Source: Parcubacteria group bacterium (GTDB taxonomy: Bacteria; Patescibacteriota; Minisyncoccia; Minisyncoccales; JAQTPW01). From it: a stretch of 36,207 nucleotides of DNA. Every line of letters starts with the position of its first letter. Position 1 is the stretch's first letter. The notes beneath the pieces were generated by a model, which saw only the letters and a program-made list of their open reading frames with translations, had not been told where the DNA came from and ran no database searches. This document shows positions 17,923-25,558 of this stretch, piece after piece. The translations under genes were made by a program, and so were the position numbers. The stretch lies in assembly GCA_043813215.1 (NCBI GenBank), contig JBDRLH010000003.1, forward strand, positions 1 through 36,207. Reading direction: 5' to 3'.

Positions 17923-17936
17923 TAAGAGAAAAGATA

Positions 17937-19145
17937 ATGATAAAATCTTTGCTTAAGAAAATTTTGCCCGAGTTTTTAATTAGTTGGTACCATTTTAAAT
18001 TAGCTTTACTGGGAGTTTTGATTTACGGATTTCCTTCCCGCAAAATAAAAGTTATTGGCGTAACGGGTACCAACGGGAAGACAACTGTCGTTAGTTTGGC
18101 CACCAAAGTTTTAGAAGAAGCCGGCTTTAAAGTAGCCGCTTTTTCTTCAATTAGATTTAAAATCGGGGAAAAAGAATGGCCGAATAACCTTAAAATGACA
18201 ATGCCGGGAAGACTTATGGTTCAGAAATTATTAAGGCGGGCGGTAAATGAAAAATGCGATTACGCTCTTTTGGAAGTGACTTCAGAAGGGATTAAACAAT
18301 ACCGTCACAAATTCATTGACTTTGAAGCGGCGGTTTTTACCAATTTGACTCCCGAGCATATCGAAGCCCACGGCGGATTTGAAAACTACAAAATTGCTAA
18401 AGGCAAACTTTTTCTAGCGACGGAAAATATCCATATTATAAACGCCGAAGATAAAAATTCAGATTATTTTCTGCAATTTCCGGCAAAAAAGACAATAACT
18501 TACGGAATGGAAAAAGGAGATATCAGTAATCAAAATCTTCGGTTGAGATTAAAATTAATCGGAGATTTCAATATCTATAATGCCTTGGCGGCAATATGCG
18601 TCGGCTTGTCTCAGGGAATTAATTTAGAAATCTGTAAAAGGGCGGTTGAAGAAGTAAAAAGCATCCCCGGGAGGATGGAGGAAGTCATATCTTTTCCTTT
18701 TAAAGTTTTTGTTGATTATGCTTTTACTCCCAATGCTTTGGAAAAAGTTTATCAGACGATAAGAAACGATTCTTTGAAAACGGGAGGCAAGCTGATAGCT
18801 GTTTTAGGGGCTTGCGGCGGAGGAAGGGACAAATGGAAAAGACCAGTTTTGGGAGAAATCGCTGAAAAATATTGTGACAAAATAATTGTGACCAACGAAG
18901 ATCCTTATGACGAAAATCCGCAGGAAATAATAAACCAGGTAGCCGAAGGCGCAGAGGGAAAAGCCGTCAAAATTTTAGACAGGAGAGAGGCCGTAAAAGA
19001 AGCGTTAAAATCATCTCAGCCGGGTGATGCGGTTATTTTTACCGGCAAAGGAGTAGAGCCTTGGATAGTAATGGCAAATGGCAAAAAAATACCTTGGAAC
19101 GAGAAAGAAATTATTCTCGAAGAATTCAAAAAACTTAATTTATGA
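17937..19145 (+). CDS. murE: Mur ligase family protein, MurE-like, lacking the N-terminal UDP-binding domain
   Basis: The P-loop GVTGTNGKTT sits at residues ~41-50. TNLTPEHIEAHG is present. The C-terminal domain is GACGGGRDKWKRP...VTNEDPYDENPQEI, where NEDPY replaces the canonical DDNPR. The N-terminus is a hydrophobic helix instead of domain 1. Confidence 0.65.
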   Translation: MIKSLLKKILPEFLISWYHFKLALLGVLIYGFPSRKIKVIGVTGTNGKTTVVSLATKVLEEAGFKVAAFSSIRFKIGEKEWPNNLKMTMPGRLMVQKLLRRAVNEKCDYALLEVTSEGIKQYRHKFIDFEAAVFTNLTPEHIEAHGGFENYKIAKGKLFLATENIHIINAEDKNSDYFLQFPAKKTITYGMEKGDISNQNLRLRLKLIGDFNIYNALAAICVGLSQGINLEICKRAVEEVKSIPGRMEEVISFPFKVFVDYAFTPNALEKVYQTIRNDSLKTGGKLIAVLGACGGGRDKWKRPVLGEIAEKYCDKIIVTNEDPYDENPQEIINQVAEGAEGKAVKILDRREAVKEALKSSQPGDAVIFTGKGVEPWIVMANGKKIPWNEKEIILEEFKKLNL

Positions 19146-19522
19146 AATACGAAATATTGGAGCATCCAGCGGATTTAAAAATCAGGGCCTTTGGCAAAAC
19201 CAAAGAAGAAGTTTTTTTAAACATAATGAGGGGAATGACGGAAAATTTAAGACCCGCGGCAGAAAGACACGGGGAAATCATTAACCAAAAATTTAAAGTA
19301 GAGTCGCCTGATCTGTCCGCTCTTTTAGTCGATTTTTTAAGCCAAATTTTATATTTTATTCAAACCCAAAAAATAGCTTATAATAATATAAAATTTGATA
19401 AATTTTCCGATACAGAAATCGAGGGAGAAGTTGAGGGCAAGAAAGTGCGAGGGCTTGGGGAAGACATTAAAGCGGTGACACATTATGACGTTTTGTTTGT
19501 CCAAAAAGAAGACGAAACCTAG
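19142..19522 (+). CDS. archease (RtcB activator); the ORF ends at an in-frame TAG, and the conserved C-terminal strand continues to 19549
   Basis: The start MKYEILEHPADLKIRAFGKTKEEVF is typical of archease, and IKAVTHYDV is present. After the TAG (19520-19522) the frame reads EATVVFDI then TAA, matching the archease C-terminal W-x-A-x-V-V-x-D-[IVL] pattern. The start overlaps the murE stop as ATGA. Confidence 0.8.
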   Translation: MKYEILEHPADLKIRAFGKTKEEVFLNIMRGMTENLRPAAERHGEIINQKFKVESPDLSALLVDFLSQILYFIQTQKIAYNNIKFDKFSDTEIEGEVEGKKVRGLGEDIKAVTHYDVLFVQKEDET

Positions 19523-19604
19523 GAAGCGACGGTAGTTTTTGACATCTAAGCTAAACGCCTTTTAACACATTAAATTAAAAGGAGGCGATTAATAAATTTT
19601 TAAT

Positions 19605-19645
19605 ATAGGCCAAGCTTTCAAAAAGAGCTCGGCCTATTAATTTTT
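19605..19645 (+). terminator. intrinsic terminator-like hairpin between archease and rtcB
   Basis: ATAGGCC (19605-19611) pairs with GGCCTAT (19631-19637). An inner helix AGCUUU/AGAGCU is also present. The sequence TAATTTTT follows. Confidence 0.5.
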
Positions 19646-19672
19646 AAAAAATTAAGCTAAGGTGAAAATATT

Positions 19673-21118
19673 ATGATCCAAAAAAAAGATTTTCTTAAAA
19701 TTTCAGATTGGCTTTGGGAAATACCCAAAAGTTTTCGGCAGGATATGCAGGTTCCGGCACGCATTTATTTGAGCGAAACTATGCTCGGCGAGGCTTTCAA
19801 AGACAGATCTCTTGAGCAGCTGGTTAACGTAGCCACCTTGCTCGGCATCCAAAAGTATGCGATAGCCCTGCCTGATATGCACGAGGGCTATTCCAGCCCC
19901 ATCGGCGGAGTAGCAGCCATCAGAACCTCTGATGGCATAATTTCTCCCGGAATGCAGGGATACGACATCAATTGCGGAATGAAGCTTTTAAAATCAAACG
20001 CAACGGAAAAGGAAATACGGCCTTATCTTGAAAAATTGGCCAGTAAGATACAAAAAGAAGTGCCCTCGGGTTTGGGAAAGGGGGGGCAGATTAAACTGGA
20101 CACAAATTCTTTAAACAACATTTTAGAGAAGGGAGCCAAAAGGTTGGTTGAACAAGGATACGGAGAAGAGGAAGATTTGATAAATTGCGAATCAGGCGGC
20201 TGTCTGGATTTTGCTGATTCTTCAACTGTTTCCGACTTTGCCAAAAACAGAGGAAGAGATCAAGTCGGAACTTTGGGTTCTGGCAATCATTTTCTGGAAA
20301 TTCAAAAAGTAGAAGAGGTTTTTGATGAAAAAACGGCAGAAGTTTTCGGGCTATTCCGGGATCAAGTGGTTATTATGATTCATACCGGATCGAGAGGCCT
20401 CGGCCACCAAGTTGCCACCGACTATATTAAAGAATTTATAGGATTGATGGTAAAATATAAAATCAGAGTTTCCGACAGGGAGTTTGCTTGCGTACCTTTT
20501 AACTCGAAAGAAGGGCAAAGGGGGTTGGAGGCTTCAGCCTGCGCAGCCAATTATGCTTGGGCAAACAGGCAAATGATAGCTCATTTTATAAGGAAATCCT
20601 GGAAATCAGTTTTGGGAAGTAATGCGGATTTATTAGAAGCGCTTTATGATGTAGCCCATAATATTATTAAAATTGAAAAATACAACATTAATGGAAGCGA
20701 AACAGAATTGGCGGTTCATAGAAAAGGCGCGACAAGGGCTTTTCCGCCGGGGAGTTTGGAAATTCCGGAAAAATACCGGAAAGCTGGCCAGCCAGTTTTA
20801 ATCCCGGGCAGCATGGGAACCGCCTCTTATGTTTTAACCGGGACAAAAGAAGGGGAGCAGTCTTTTTATTCAACCTGCCACGGAGCCGGCAGGACAATGT
20901 CCAGGCATGAAGCGGCAAGAAGGATGTCAGGTGAAGAGGTGGTAAGAAATCTAAGGGAGAAAGGAATAGTTATTAAATATGACAGTTTCCGGGGAATTGC
21001 CGAAGAGTCGCCAATGGCTTACAAAGACATCAATAATGTTGTCGGGGTTGTCCATGGCGCAGGGTTGTCAAAAAAGGTTGTTAAATTAAAGCCGATAGCC
21101 GTGATGAAAGGAGAATAA
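19673..21118 (+). CDS. rtcB: RNA 3'-phosphate/2',3'-cyclic-phosphate to 5'-OH ligase RtcB
   Basis: LPDMHEGYSSPIGGV, GYDINCGM, GSGNHFLE, HTGSRGLGHQV, IPGSMGT and CHGAGR are all hallmark RtcB motifs. Confidence 0.95.
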   Translation: MIQKKDFLKISDWLWEIPKSFRQDMQVPARIYLSETMLGEAFKDRSLEQLVNVATLLGIQKYAIALPDMHEGYSSPIGGVAAIRTSDGIISPGMQGYDINCGMKLLKSNATEKEIRPYLEKLASKIQKEVPSGLGKGGQIKLDTNSLNNILEKGAKRLVEQGYGEEEDLINCESGGCLDFADSSTVSDFAKNRGRDQVGTLGSGNHFLEIQKVEEVFDEKTAEVFGLFRDQVVIMIHTGSRGLGHQVATDYIKEFIGLMVKYKIRVSDREFACVPFNSKEGQRGLEASACAANYAWANRQMIAHFIRKSWKSVLGSNADLLEALYDVAHNIIKIEKYNINGSETELAVHRKGATRAFPPGSLEIPEKYRKAGQPVLIPGSMGTASYVLTGTKEGEQSFYSTCHGAGRTMSRHEAARRMSGEEVVRNLREKGIVIKYDSFRGIAEESPMAYKDINNVVGVVHGAGLSKKVVKLKPIAVMKGE

Positions 21119-21222
21119 AATTATACAAATCATTATTAAAAAGTAAAACGTAAAAATATACCTTCTGGATATTTTTGCGGAAAATATCCCTCGGATAATT
21201 TTTCGCCGGAAGGCTCAAAAAT

Positions 21223-22170
21223 ATGAAAATTCAAGAAATATATAATTTAGCCGTAGAAATGGGGGTCAAAGCCGATTTGAGAGGAGAAGGAAGAGTTAAA
21301 AAAAATTTGGATCGCTTAAAGGAAAAATACGGGAAAATGAATAAAGAAGAGAAGTCGGATTTTGATGCAGAAAGATTAAAAAATCCTTATTCAGACACTA
21401 GAATACATTTTGATTCAGGTAAAGATATAAAAAAAATTATGGCCGGCATCGATATCGAAGTCGGGGAATTGCTGCTGGCCGATAAAATCGGAGAAATTGA
21501 TATGATTTTATCGCATCATCCTTTAGGAGGAGCTTTGGCATCTTTGGATGATGTGATGCACCTGCAGGAAGAAGTTTTGGAATTATACGGTGTTTCCATT
21601 AATGTCGCCCAGGGCCTTTTAAAGGAAAAAATCGGAGAAGTTTCCCGCAAAATCAGCCCATCCAATCTTTACCAGGAAATAGATGCAGCCAAGATTTTGG
21701 GCATTTCGCTGATAAATGTCCATACTCCGGCAGATAATTTAGTCGCTTCTTTTTTAAAAAAAGAGATTGAAAACAAAAATCCCGAATATGTGGAGGATAT
21801 TCTGAAGATTTTAGACGGGATTCCCGAATATCAGGAAGCGAAAAGAAAGAAATTCGGGCCGAGCCTATTTTCCGGCCAGCCGGACAATCGCTGCGGCAAA
21901 ATCGCTTTTACAGAAATCACTGGCGGGACCGAAGGCACCCCTAAAATTTATGAAAAACTAGCGACTGCCGGCGTGGGTACCATAATAGCTATGCATCTGT
22001 CTGAGGAACATAAAAAAGAGGCCGAAGCCGCCAACATCAATGTTGTCGTCGCCGGCCACATATCTTCAGATTCTTTGGGCATGAATCTATTTTTGGACGA
22101 ATTAGAAAAGAAAGGGATTGAAATTATTCCTTGTTCTGGCTTGATCAGGATTTCTCGCGCCAAAGATTAG
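21223..22170 (+). CDS. NIF3 (DUF34)-like dinuclear-metal-centre protein
   Basis: The metal-ligand-like motifs ILSHHP, NVHTPADN and VVAGHISSDSLG occur in NIF3/YbgI order. The insert domain is long. Confidence 0.55.
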   Translation: MKIQEIYNLAVEMGVKADLRGEGRVKKNLDRLKEKYGKMNKEEKSDFDAERLKNPYSDTRIHFDSGKDIKKIMAGIDIEVGELLLADKIGEIDMILSHHPLGGALASLDDVMHLQEEVLELYGVSINVAQGLLKEKIGEVSRKISPSNLYQEIDAAKILGISLINVHTPADNLVASFLKKEIENKNPEYVEDILKILDGIPEYQEAKRKKFGPSLFSGQPDNRCGKIAFTEITGGTEGTPKIYEKLATAGVGTIIAMHLSEEHKKEAEAANINVVVAGHISSDSLGMNLFLDELEKKGIEIIPCSGLIRISRAKD

Positions 22171-22237
22171 CGCAAGACTTTCTTTTTTATGATATGCTGG
22201 AAAAGGTGAATTAAAAATAATTTTTACAACAAATATT

Positions 22238-23407
22238 GTGTCAAAAAATTTTGTTTTTACTTCCGAATCAGTAACAGAAGGCCATCCCGACAAAGTAGCT
22301 GATCAGATTTCTGACGCTGTTTTGGACTCTGCCATAAAAGATGACAAATACAGCCGCGTGGGCTGTGAAGTGACGGTTGGTATGTGCTACGCGATTATAG
22401 GAGGCGAGATAACAACAAGGGCCTGGATGGACGTCAATAATTTGGCCCGTGATGTGGTGCGCGATATAGGTTATGACAAGCCCGAATACGGTTTTGATTA
22501 TCATACCCTGACGGTTTTTAACGCCATACACAGCCAGTCTCCGGATATTGCCATGGGCGTGGGAGAAACCGGTTCAAAAAAACAAGGAGCCGGAGACCAA
22601 GGTATGGAAACAGGATATGCTTGCTCAGAAACTCCCGAATTTATGCCCTTGCCCATTATGCTGGCGCACAAACTCACCAGAAAATTAGCCGAAACAAGAA
22701 AAAATAAAACCCTGCCCTTTTTAAGGCCAGACGGGAAATCACAAGTGACTTTATATTATGAAAATGGCCAACCAAAAAACCTGCAGTCGGTGATAGTGGC
22801 CGCCCAGCATGATCCTGAAGTAACCAGAACAAAATTAATAGAAGGAATCATCGAAGAGGTTATTAAGCCCGCTTGCAAAGGATATCTGGACAATAAGACA
22901 AAATTCATCATAAACAATACGGGACGTTTTGTCATCGGCGGACCGGTGGCCGACTGCGGTGCGACCGGAAGAAAAATCATCGTTGATACTTACGGTGGAA
23001 TGGCTCATGTCGGTGGCGGCGCCTTCTCGGGCAAAGATCCGACAAAAGTAGACAGGTCCGGCGCTTATATGGCTCGTTATGTTGCCAAAAACATCGTCGC
23101 TTCCGGCGCTTGCCAGAAATGCGAAATTCAAATCGCTTACGCCATCGGCGGTAAAAAACCGCTGTCTATTAACGTCAATACTTTTGATTCAATTAACGCA
23201 AAGAAATTTCCGAAACTGACCGAAGAAAAACTGCGTAAAATCATTTCGAAAGTTTTTGACCTGACTCCGGGCATGATGATACATGAGCTTAATCTTTTGC
23301 GGCCGATTTACAGAAAAACAGCCGCTTACGGCCATTTTGGAAGAACAGAGCCGGAATTCACCTGGGAGAAATTAGATAAAGTCCATAAAATAAAAGAACT
23401 ATTATAG
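22238..23407 (+). CDS. metK: S-adenosylmethionine synthetase
   Basis: Motifs are FTSESVTEGHPDKVADQISDAVLD, GAGDQGM, DTYGG and GGGAFSGKDPTKVDRSGAY. The start codon is GTG. Confidence 0.95.
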   Translation: MSKNFVFTSESVTEGHPDKVADQISDAVLDSAIKDDKYSRVGCEVTVGMCYAIIGGEITTRAWMDVNNLARDVVRDIGYDKPEYGFDYHTLTVFNAIHSQSPDIAMGVGETGSKKQGAGDQGMETGYACSETPEFMPLPIMLAHKLTRKLAETRKNKTLPFLRPDGKSQVTLYYENGQPKNLQSVIVAAQHDPEVTRTKLIEGIIEEVIKPACKGYLDNKTKFIINNTGRFVIGGPVADCGATGRKIIVDTYGGMAHVGGGAFSGKDPTKVDRSGAYMARYVAKNIVASGACQKCEIQIAYAIGGKKPLSINVNTFDSINAKKFPKLTEEKLRKIISKVFDLTPGMMIHELNLLRPIYRKTAAYGHFGRTEPEFTWEKLDKVHKIKELL

Positions 23408-23415
23408 GTTTATGT

Positions 23416-23444
23416 AAAATCCTCGGGCAAGAACCGGGGATTTT
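23416..23444 (+). terminator. intrinsic terminator candidate downstream of metK
   Basis: An 11-bp stem pairs 23416-23426 with 23434-23444 (AAAATCCTCGG / CCGGGGATTTT) around the 7-nt loop GCAAGAA. The GC core is followed by UUUU. Confidence 0.5.
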
Positions 23445-23453
23445 AAATTCTCA

Positions 23454-23999
23454 ATGGATAAAAAAAAGAAGCTGGGAAAAATAAATTTGGGTATTAAAAA
23501 TTGCAAAAAGTGTCCTTTGCGGCAGGTTGCGGTTTTGGCAGTGCCGGGAGAAGGTCCGGCTAATTCCAAAATTATGTTTGTGGGAGAAGCGCCAGGCAAG
23601 GAAGAGGATTTGTCGGGCAGGCCTTTTGTGGGCAGGTCAGGTAGATTTCTGACAAAGCTGATTGAAAAAGCAGGATTAAAAAGAAAGGAAGTTTTCATCA
23701 CTTCAGTCATCAAGCACCGGCCTCCTGGGAATAGGAAGCCGAAAAAAGAAGAAATTAATCTTTGTCTTCCTTTTTTGATAAATCAGATTAAAATTATTAA
23801 TCCAAAGCTGATAGTTCTATTGGGGCAGATCGCTTTCTCCTCATTCTTTTTAAATAAAAAATTAAAAGATTGCCGGGGGAAATTTATTAAGGGAAACGGC
23901 AGAGAATTTTTCATTACCTACCACCCGGCCGCTGGGATAAGATTTGTCAAAATGAAAAAGATTTTAAAAAAAGATTTCAGAAGGCTTAAGGATTTTTAA
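23454..23999 (+). CDS. uracil-DNA glycosylase, family 4
   Basis: Motif A is GEAPGKEEDLSGRPFVGRSG. Motif B is YHPAAG. The N-terminal CKKCPL plus two further Cys residues are consistent with the family-4 Fe-S cluster. Confidence 0.85.
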   Translation: MDKKKKLGKINLGIKNCKKCPLRQVAVLAVPGEGPANSKIMFVGEAPGKEEDLSGRPFVGRSGRFLTKLIEKAGLKRKEVFITSVIKHRPPGNRKPKKEEINLCLPFLINQIKIINPKLIVLLGQIAFSSFFLNKKLKDCRGKFIKGNGREFFITYHPAAGIRFVKMKKILKKDFRRLKDF

Positions 24000-25557
24000 T
24001 CATGTAAGTTTCTTTTAAGGAATATCCTAATTTTCTGAAATAATCTCTTGCTCCTATGCCGGATATTACGGTTATTTTTTTTAACTTAAATTCTTTTTTT
24101 ATTATTTTTTCCGACTCTTGAATCAATTTTTTTCCGAGTCCTTGGTGCTGGGCAGCGACTTGTTTTTTTGATATGGGAACCAGCTGGCCGTAGGTATGAA
24201 TCTCGCGGATTATTGCGGAATCCTCATTAATTCTTAATCTTAATAAACTATAGAGTTTTTTTCTATTTTTATTTTCAAAACTTAAAAATATTTCTTTTCC
24301 GGCGGAAGCTTCATAATCTTGGCGGAATAAATAGATTTTTTCTTTTGTATCATATCCCCCCTTTACCTCGCGGCATCTGACGCAATTGCATTGCCAGTTT
24401 TCTTTTTTCATATCTTGAAAGAGAAGCTGCCTCAAGTTGGAAATTTTAGCGGGTCCGGCTATTATGCTTTTTGACGGGATATCTCGGGTGATTCTCTGAA
24501 TCCTGACATAATGCGGGATTTTTTTCTTGATATTTTTAATAAGGCCTACCAGTTGAGGCTCTGTGTATGGTTTATATTTTCCCGATTTCCAAAGCTTGTA
24601 AAGAGGGGCGTTTTTTAAAAGGGCACAGGGATAAATTTTAAGGGCATCGGGTTTAAAATCCGGATTTTTAAATAATTCTTCAAACATTTTTTCGTCGCGT
24701 TTTAAATCCGAGCCCGGCAAATTGGGCATCATTTGGTATAAAACTTTAAAGCCGGCGTTTTTTAATAATTTTGTCGCCAAAATTATTTCTTGTCTGCCGT
24801 GACCTCGCAAGTTTAATTTTAAAACGTCGTCATAAACAGATTGTACTCCCAATTCGACCAGTGTTGTTCCAAACTCCCGCAGTTTTTTAATTTCTGTAAG
24901 ATTGATAAAATCCGGCCTCGTTTCAACAGATAGTCCGATTATCCTATGACTTGTTTTTTCATTTTGTTTCTGAGTCTCTCTTAAGTTTTGAATTTTGAAT
25001 TGTAATTTTGATTTTTGATTTTTGATTTTTGATTTTTCGCTGCAGGCATCAAAGCATTTTTTTATAAACCATTTTTGATAGCGTTCAGGGTAATATGACC
25101 AAGTTCCTCCGGCAATTCTTAACTCAATTTTATCGGTCGGGTGGCCCTCGTTTTCTAGCATTTCAATTCTTCTCTTAACCTGTAAATAAGGGTCATATTT
25201 TAGGGCTTTGGCTCTTTCCACCGCCGGCTCCCCGGAAACATAACTTTTGGGAATACCTAATTCTTGTGGGCAGAAAAGGCATTTGCCGGGGCAGGGATAG
25301 GGTTTTGTCAGAACGGAAATGTTGACTATTCCCGAAAGGGAACGGACCGGCCTGGTTCTTAATAACAACTTCAAGGAGTTTAATTCCTTAATTTTTTCAT
25401 TTTTAACCAATTCGTGATAGCGTTTAAGTAGGACAACATTGGAAAAGAGGGGCATCTTATATTTTTTTGACAATCGTCTTTTGGCCCGAGCCAAATCATC
25501 CGAATTTTTTAATTTGGATTTGGTCAAGTCTTTAATTGTCGCTTTTAAAATATCCAT
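23986..25557 (-). CDS. elp3: Elp3-type radical SAM + GNAT (KAT) tRNA U34 carboxymethylation enzyme
   Basis: The N-terminal segment is PVRSLSGIVNISVLTKPYPCPGKCLFCP. GGTWSYYP, GLSVETRPD and ELGVQS are present. The GNAT region has REIHTYG and the acetyl-CoA motif QHQGLGKKL. The ATG at 25557 is preferred; the ORF track uses the TTG at 25566. Confidence 0.85.
   Translation of the reverse strand: MDILKATIKDLTKSKLKNSDDLARAKRRLSKKYKMPLFSNVVLLKRYHELVKNEKIKELNSLKLLLRTRPVRSLSGIVNISVLTKPYPCPGKCLFCPQELGIPKSYVSGEPAVERAKALKYDPYLQVKRRIEMLENEGHPTDKIELRIAGGTWSYYPERYQKWFIKKCFDACSEKSKIKNQKSKLQFKIQNLRETQKQNEKTSHRIIGLSVETRPDFINLTEIKKLREFGTTLVELGVQSVYDDVLKLNLRGHGRQEIILATKLLKNAGFKVLYQMMPNLPGSDLKRDEKMFEELFKNPDFKPDALKIYPCALLKNAPLYKLWKSGKYKPYTEPQLVGLIKNIKKKIPHYVRIQRITRDIPSKSIIAGPAKISNLRQLLFQDMKKENWQCNCVRCREVKGGYDTKEKIYLFRQDYEASAGKEIFLSFENKNRKKLYSLLRLRINEDSAIIREIHTYGQLVPISKKQVAAQHQGLGKKLIQESEKIIKKEFKLKKITVISGIGARDYFRKLGYSLKETYMIKNP
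25010..25037. repeat. perfect tandem heptanucleotide (GATTTTT)x4 inside elp3, flanked by degenerate copies from about 24986
   Basis: Read directly. On the coding strand it is (AAAAATC)n and encodes the low-complexity linker KSKIKNQKSKLQFKIQN. Confidence 0.9.
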
Positions 25558-25558
25558 T

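Noticed and set aside
19578-19601. A mini-ORF behind the orphan AAAGGAGG in the archease-rtcB spacer.
   Set aside because: There is no ATG, GTG or TTG at a usable distance from the SD. Stops occur within a few codons in every frame. The SD itself is kept only as an observation under the spacer finding.
22171-22237. A SAM riboswitch upstream of metK.
   Set aside because: The spacer is only 67 nt. It shows no four-way-junction pairing potential and no conserved SAM-I core sequence.
24986-25037. A CRISPR array or other spacer-repeat structure.
   Set aside because: It is a simple 7-nt tandem repeat with no spacers, located inside a coding sequence. No CRISPR-like repeats appear anywhere in the window.
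25439-25558. A 40-codon N-terminal extension of the trm9-like ORF starting at the TTG at 25439, as in the ORF track.
   Set aside because: The extension lies entirely antisense to the conserved Elp3 N-terminus. It has no similarity to Trm9 N-termini. The homologous region begins just after the ATG at 25559.
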